This document shows, in pieces, positions 59,702 through 64,000 of a DNA stretch of 64,000 nucleotides. The stretch comes from a virus. Numbering within the stretch: the first letter of the stretch is position 1; each line of letters begins with the position of its first letter. Below the pieces are notes generated by a model. That model made no database searches. It was not told the origin of the DNA and was given only the letters and a program-made list of their open reading frames with translations. The position numbers were made by a program, and so were the translations under genes. The DNA lies in IMG/VR virus record IMGVR_UViG_3300023174_007394, positions 15,642 through 79,641 of that record; one strand, given 5' to 3'.

Positions 59702-61324
59702 TTATTTTAATTGGATCTTCATCTGAGTTCCTATTTCGGGAAGTTTTCCACATGTTATAGAGAATCCATGTTCTTCCAATATAGCAATACAAATGTTCAA
59801 TCCTAATCCAGTTCCTGATTCCTTTTGTCCTTCCTTACGTGTATAAGGCTGGGAAAGATATTTAAAATCCTCAGCGCTTAATCCTCTTCCGTTATCCTCT
59901 ATAAAAAGATTGTTTTCTATTCTATAGATTTTAACAAATTTTGTTGCGCTGTCATTATATTTTAATCCGTTGCGAATTAAATTATCAATTGATGTACAAA
60001 AAAGAGCTTCATTAACTTCACATTCTCCAAGATTCTCGAGTATTACTTGCGGACGATATGCAGTTGCTGATAGATAATCTTCAAGAATAGCATTTAAACT
60101 ACATACAGATTTATTAAGTACCACGTCCTTTTTTACAAGATTTGTAAATTCATAAACACCTTTGTAAACTTTTTGTGTGTGTCTTAGTCCTTCCTTAATC
60201 ATCTTAAGAGGAGCTTCTATTTTTAATTCTTTTGCTTGGGCATCTGTTAATCTTCTATCAAGTGATGAAAGCCCTCTAGGCATGTATGTGTTTATTCCGC
60301 TATGCATGTCATGTCTAAGGATTTTTGCTGCATGTTCTAGATATGTGTTTTTCTTTTCAATTTCCTTTTGCTGATCAATTACATTAGTGATATCTGTAGC
60401 AATTTTCATAATACGATAGACTTTACCATCAGTATCTATAATTGGATTGTAAGTGGCTTGTAAATATATTAATGATCCATCTTTACGAACTCTTACAATT
60501 TCACCCATAAAGAATGTTCCAGATCTAAGACCCTTCCAAAAATCAACATACTCTGGCGATTTTTCGTATTCATCCTCTACAAATATCCTATGGTGTTTAC
60601 CTATAATTTCAGAATCTGAAGAATAACCCATTGTTTCTATAAATAGATGATTAGCAAAAATTATATTTCCACTAAGATCGAATTCAATCACAGCATTAGA
60701 TTTGTTTATTGCATTCATTCTATTGCGAATCTCTGCTTCTTTTCTCTTTAGTTCTGTGATATCCTGGCGGATTGACATAAATCCTAAAAAATTATCCTGA
60801 GAATCAAATTGTCCTTTGATGAATGTATCAACATAATATAGTTGTCCGTCTTTAGCACGATTTGTACAGATCTCATTCCATATGGCTTTATCCTTAATAA
60901 CAGTTTTGTACATATTTGTCCAAAACTCCTTGGGATGTGTTCCAGAATTAACTATATTATGATCATGACCTATTGCTTCTTCTAGAGTATATCCAGATAC
61001 ATCTGTAAACTTTTTGTTGATATATGTAATTTTTCCTTTTGAATCAGCTTTTGATACTATTGCAGAATTCTCTATGAATGATTCTAATTCTTTCATATTT
61101 TTAAGCTGCTCACCGCTTATAAGATTTTTCATATTGTGTGAGTAATCCCTAAATAAGATATAAAAACATGGGAGACATCCAATAAAGCATAAGAATTCTG
61201 TCCATCTTGTAATAGGCGTAGAGGGTATATGTTCAAAAAGGACTACAATCTTTAGGACTAAAAAAATCAGCATCAAAAATGCCGACACAAAAAAAGCTAT
61301 TTTTGTTCTTATATTATACTTCAA
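59702..61324 (-). CDS. Membrane-anchored PAS-PAS histidine kinase
   Basis: Two TMs, two PAS/PAC domains, H-box ILRHDMHS, N-box NLIRNGLKYN, DNGRG, GTGLGL. Confidence 0.92.
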   Translation of the reverse strand: MKYNIRTKIAFFVSAFLMLIFLVLKIVVLFEHIPSTPITRWTEFLCFIGCLPCFYILFRDYSHNMKNLISGEQLKNMKELESFIENSAIVSKADSKGKITYINKKFTDVSGYTLEEAIGHDHNIVNSGTHPKEFWTNMYKTVIKDKAIWNEICTNRAKDGQLYYVDTFIKGQFDSQDNFLGFMSIRQDITELKRKEAEIRNRMNAINKSNAVIEFDLSGNIIFANHLFIETMGYSSDSEIIGKHHRIFVEDEYEKSPEYVDFWKGLRSGTFFMGEIVRVRKDGSLIYLQATYNPIIDTDGKVYRIMKIATDITNVIDQQKEIEKKNTYLEHAAKILRHDMHSGINTYMPRGLSSLDRRLTDAQAKELKIEAPLKMIKEGLRHTQKVYKGVYEFTNLVKKDVVLNKSVCSLNAILEDYLSATAYRPQVILENLGECEVNEALFCTSIDNLIRNGLKYNDSATKFVKIYRIENNLFIEDNGRGLSAEDFKYLSQPYTRKEGQKESGTGLGLNICIAILEEHGFSITCGKLPEIGTQMKIQLK

Positions 61325-61340
61325 TGCGGGTTGGTGTATA

Positions 61341-61718
61341 TTATTTTTTGGATATAAGGATAGATTCTATCTCAAATACTCCTTCTTTCTTTTCTTCGTA
61401 TGTAACCTGTCCAATATATTCGTTACCGTCTGATGATGTTCCAGGAACTGTCTCAAATGTTGAATAGCCATTATCTCCGTCCTCTTTTATTGGAGATCCA
61501 ATATCAGAAAAAGAAGCACTAACTTCTTCGCCCTCAGGTGAATCCCATATAACGTCATAATCTGCAATTTCAGTTGTTGATTTAATCCATGATTTAGCTT
61601 CAGTGCCAGAGTTTTTCTGCATCATATCATCTTCCATTCCCATTCCTTCTATATCAGATCCCATATTATCCATACCTTCTTCTTCGAAAAGATTATTGAA
61701 TTTTTTTAGATGTTTCAT
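61341..61718 (-). CDS. Acidic hypothetical protein with capsid-targeting-like N-terminus
   Basis: Start moved to MKHLKKFNNLFEE; GATATATA at 61736-61743. Confidence 0.7.
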   Translation of the reverse strand: MKHLKKFNNLFEEEGMDNMGSDIEGMGMEDDMMQKNSGTEAKSWIKSTTEIADYDVIWDSPEGEEVSASFSDIGSPIKEDGDNGYSTFETVPGTSSDGNEYIGQVTYEEKKEGVFEIESILISKK

Positions 61719-61734
61719 TTTTTTTAGTTTTTTT

Positions 61735-61977
61735 TTATATATCTGATCTATCACCGATAAATCCCCTATCCATAAACATACTTGCATTTACCAGGAAATT
61801 TCCTCTGTCCCCGCTTAGTGCTTCTGGATTTTTTGATAGCTCTACCGTATAGTCATCTGATACTATAACATAGTATGGTGAGCCATCATAATGGACTAAT
61901 GATCCTGGTGTTATCTCTGAAAGGCTAGAGACACCTTTTGATTCGTTTAGAAAATTACCAAATCTTTTTAGTTTCAT
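61735..61977 (-). CDS. Small protein with capsid-targeting-like N-terminus
   Basis: MKLKRFGNFLNES. Confidence 0.7.
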   Translation of the reverse strand: MKLKRFGNFLNESKGVSSLSEITPGSLVHYDGSPYYVIVSDDYTVELSKNPEALSGDRGNFLVNASMFMDRGFIGDRSDI

Positions 61978-61980
61978 TTT

Positions 61981-62598
61981 TTATCTTTTTTTTCTTATTG
62001 GTCTAATAGAATACTTTCCATCCGGACTTTCCTCTTTATATAAATATCTATAATCTCTATTACTACGAAAGCTAAAAACTATTAATTCCCCGTTATTATC
62101 CCTTACAAAATATTCACCCGTTGCGTGATCATAATGTAAAATATCAGATTTATCCTTATGACCACACGATTTTAGGTCCAATAAAGAGTTTTTTCCAAAT
62201 AACTTTGATGTGAGTCTAAACATTTCTTTTTTAGAAAGATCCGTGGAATTCTCAGGAAGATTTCCCATTAAAATTAATTCCATAAGATCCCTCCAATCTT
62301 TCTTTGATGGTATTTCCCATCCAGATGGACATGCCTCTTTGGCTGCTATTGACGAATATAATCTTGCACATCCAGCTCTATGATGATTGGATGATGTGCT
62401 AGGTAAATCAAACATGCTTACTACTATTCCTGAACCTTCCCCATAAAAATCACTATCATCATAATCTAAATTTTCTCTAAACCATTCCACACCCTTAATT
62501 GTGATAGTTTGATATTTTCTACCATCCCTTTCATCGGTAAATTCTCCTAATATAGGCGATAATTCGTCTATAATTCCATATGTGTCTAGAAATTTCAT
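61981..62598 (-). CDS. FISUMP (Fib_succ_major) domain protein
   Basis: FTDERDGRKYQT, WFRENLDY, ACPSGWEIPS..DW, SIRPI. Confidence 0.85.
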   Translation of the reverse strand: MKFLDTYGIIDELSPILGEFTDERDGRKYQTITIKGVEWFRENLDYDDSDFYGEGSGIVVSMFDLPSTSSNHHRAGCARLYSSIAAKEACPSGWEIPSKKDWRDLMELILMGNLPENSTDLSKKEMFRLTSKLFGKNSLLDLKSCGHKDKSDILHYDHATGEYFVRDNNGELIVFSFRSNRDYRYLYKEESPDGKYSIRPIRKKR

Positions 62599-62610
62599 AT
62601 AAATCTATTA

Positions 62611-62620
62611 GATATATATC
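62611..62620. promoter_or_regulatory. Palindromic GATATATATC, candidate bidirectional late promoter
   Basis: Lies between divergent starts at 62598 and 62640; representative of about 20 GATA[TAG]ATA-like sites. Confidence 0.65.
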
Positions 62621-62639
62621 TGAAAATAATGTTAATGCA

Positions 62640-63071
62640 ATGAGACATATTAAAATGTACGAATCCTTTAATATAGATGAAGAATATAAAAGATCTGACA
62701 TTTCAGGACTTTTTGGGGGACCTGAAGATGTCTCATTCAAACGTGACGAGCTTAGAATTAAAGCACTCCTATGGATTTATAAATATCAGACAGAGGATGA
62801 GAAGCAGGATCTGATCACGAGCCATTTGAATGGTGTTGGATTTACCGGACCTGATTCTTACATATTATCATCATTTGCAAAGCAGGTTATAGAAAAATAC
62901 TATCTCTCAGATAAACAATTACAGATCGTCCGTAGAAAAATTAAAAAATATGAGAAACAAATGGCTAAAATTGCTAATGCAATCCAATCAGGTGAAGCTC
63001 AGAAAGATCCAAATATTGAATCTGTAATGACAGAATGGAAATCTAGAAATGCTGGAAAGTATTCATCTTAA
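62640..63071 (+). CDS. Hypothetical protein with capsid-targeting-like N-terminus
   Basis: Start moved to MRHIKMYESF; NGVGFTGPD..LSS.AKQ..LSDKQ domain. Confidence 0.7.
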   Translation: MRHIKMYESFNIDEEYKRSDISGLFGGPEDVSFKRDELRIKALLWIYKYQTEDEKQDLITSHLNGVGFTGPDSYILSSFAKQVIEKYYLSDKQLQIVRRKIKKYEKQMAKIANAIQSGEAQKDPNIESVMTEWKSRNAGKYSS

Positions 63072-64000
63072 GCATTTTCGATTTCATCCCAGATTTTAAT
63101 AATTGCATCTGCAAATATAGGTTCCTTACCTGTCCAGCCAGCCAATATAGCACCTCTATAAAGATTTTCAGGTAAGACTGAATTATCGTATCCAGCAACT
63201 TGAACACTAAAAACATTCAATTTAGGATTTACAGTTTGACGATATTTATTAACTAATGCAAGAACATCAATGTATCTTCTATTTGTTATATATTTTTCGT
63301 ACTCCATGGAATTTATGCCAAATAAACCACCATGTCCTGCCTGCATATCAGAGTAAATAAAAACATTATCATAATGCAATTTATTTTCAATAGCATCTCT
63401 AAAGAATAACCAAATACCATTCTCTGTTGATCCTCCTAATTTATTATGTTTCTTTTCCACGTCGTTAGCTTCCTGATGTTGTTTCAATAGTCCGTTTCTT
63501 TTTGAGACTGGAGTTATTATTAATTTATCACCAAAAAGACCAATTTCTCCCTCGTCAGATTGCATTGCTGTTATTAAAGAAGAAAGGTTAGCAATCTCTG
63601 CAACAGCCACTGTACCATATTCTGAATTCATTGCGCCCCAAGATGACCCTGAATTATCAGAAAGACATATTGTTTTACCCCTCATTTTAGGCATATTAGA
63701 AACTGCAATATCCATGCACTCTTCTAATCCATCCAAAAGCATTTGTTTATGATTAACATCAGAGCTTTGAATTGCTTTATATGCTGAATAATATCTGAAA
63801 GGAAATTGTTTTCCATTAGCAACCCCTGACTTAAGATCATTAATGATTTTCATTGCATTTTCCCTATCATTTATCTCTATGAAAATACCTCTAAGATTTC
63901 TCAATAAAGCCATATGAGGAATCTTAATAGATTCCAATATTTCTTTCCATGTCTTTCCAGAAGATCTCATTGTCTCCCAGGTCTTTTCAGATTCGCTTAC
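63068..64000 (-). CDS. TROVE + vWA (Ro60/Rsr-like) protein, N-terminus outside the window
   Basis: Frame is open to 64000 (VSESEKTWETMRS); MALLRNLR, QFPFRYYSAY, DNSGS MIDAS. Confidence 0.88.
   Translation of the reverse strand, partial: VSESEKTWETMRSSGKTWKEILESIKIPHMALLRNLRGIFIEINDRENAMKIINDLKSGVANGKQFPFRYYSAYKAIQSSDVNHKQMLLDGLEECMDIAVSNMPKMRGKTICLSDNSGSSWGAMNSEYGTVAVAEIANLSSLITAMQSDEGEIGLFGDKLIITPVSKRNGLLKQHQEANDVEKKHNKLGGSTENGIWLFFRDAIENKLHYDNVFIYSDMQAGHGGLFGINSMEYEKYITNRRYIDVLALVNKYRQTVNPKLNVFSVQVAGYDNSVLPENLYRGAILAGWTGKEPIFADAIIKIWDEIENA

Noticed and set aside
58518-60374. Plus-strand ORFs across the two-component locus, and similar ones opposite other long genes
   Set aside because: Antisense shadows without recognisable motifs.
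3572-62598. Diversity-generating retroelement (Mtd-like N-terminus, FISUMP domain)
   Set aside because: No reverse transcriptase and no template/variable repeat pair seen in this window.
1-64000. TAG recoding, suggested by the CUA-loop RNA
   Set aside because: Long genes are uninterrupted in the standard code, and several end plausibly at TAG (terL, 35211, 38532, 44484, 55704, 58219).

Overview
AT-rich (~30% GC by eye), densely coding, mostly minus-strand segment of a T4-like jumbo/huge myophage. The probable host is a Bacteroidota member: the tmRNA 5' end is Bacteroidota-type, and there are TAnnTTTG promoters, A-rich starts without Shine-Dalgarno sequences, an OmpA/MotB lipoprotein and a FISUMP domain. 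The code is standard, with TAG used as stop. Positions 1-32 kb hold virion genes: fibres, a tape-measure-position protein, a tail chaperone, two tail tubes, a large sheath, terminase, and neck and tail-terminator proteins. Positions 32-38 kb hold gp46/47, a gp41 helicase and UvsX. Positions 38-64 kb are accessory: lipoproteins, an ECF sigma, nucleotide enzymes, a nuclease, glycosyltransferases with a nucleotide-sugar operon, a CHAP amidase, a holin-like gene, tmRNA with a tRNA-like RNA, a two-component locus and a TROVE/Ro60 protein. The main leads are: (1) a complete phage-encoded PAS-PAS histidine kinase / stand-alone receiver / coiled-coil membrane protein operon; (2) unrelated enzymes sharing a T4-internal-protein-like N-terminal capsid-targeting peptide, each transcription unit behind a GATA[TAG]ATA motif; (3) a probable +1 UUU_CGC frameshift in the tail chaperone; (4) a tmRNA with a 27-aa non-canonical tag followed 10 nt later by an atypical tRNA-like RNA; (5) a thymidylate-synthase homolog with the dCMP-type Asp. 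All family calls come from motif recognition by eye; no searches were run.
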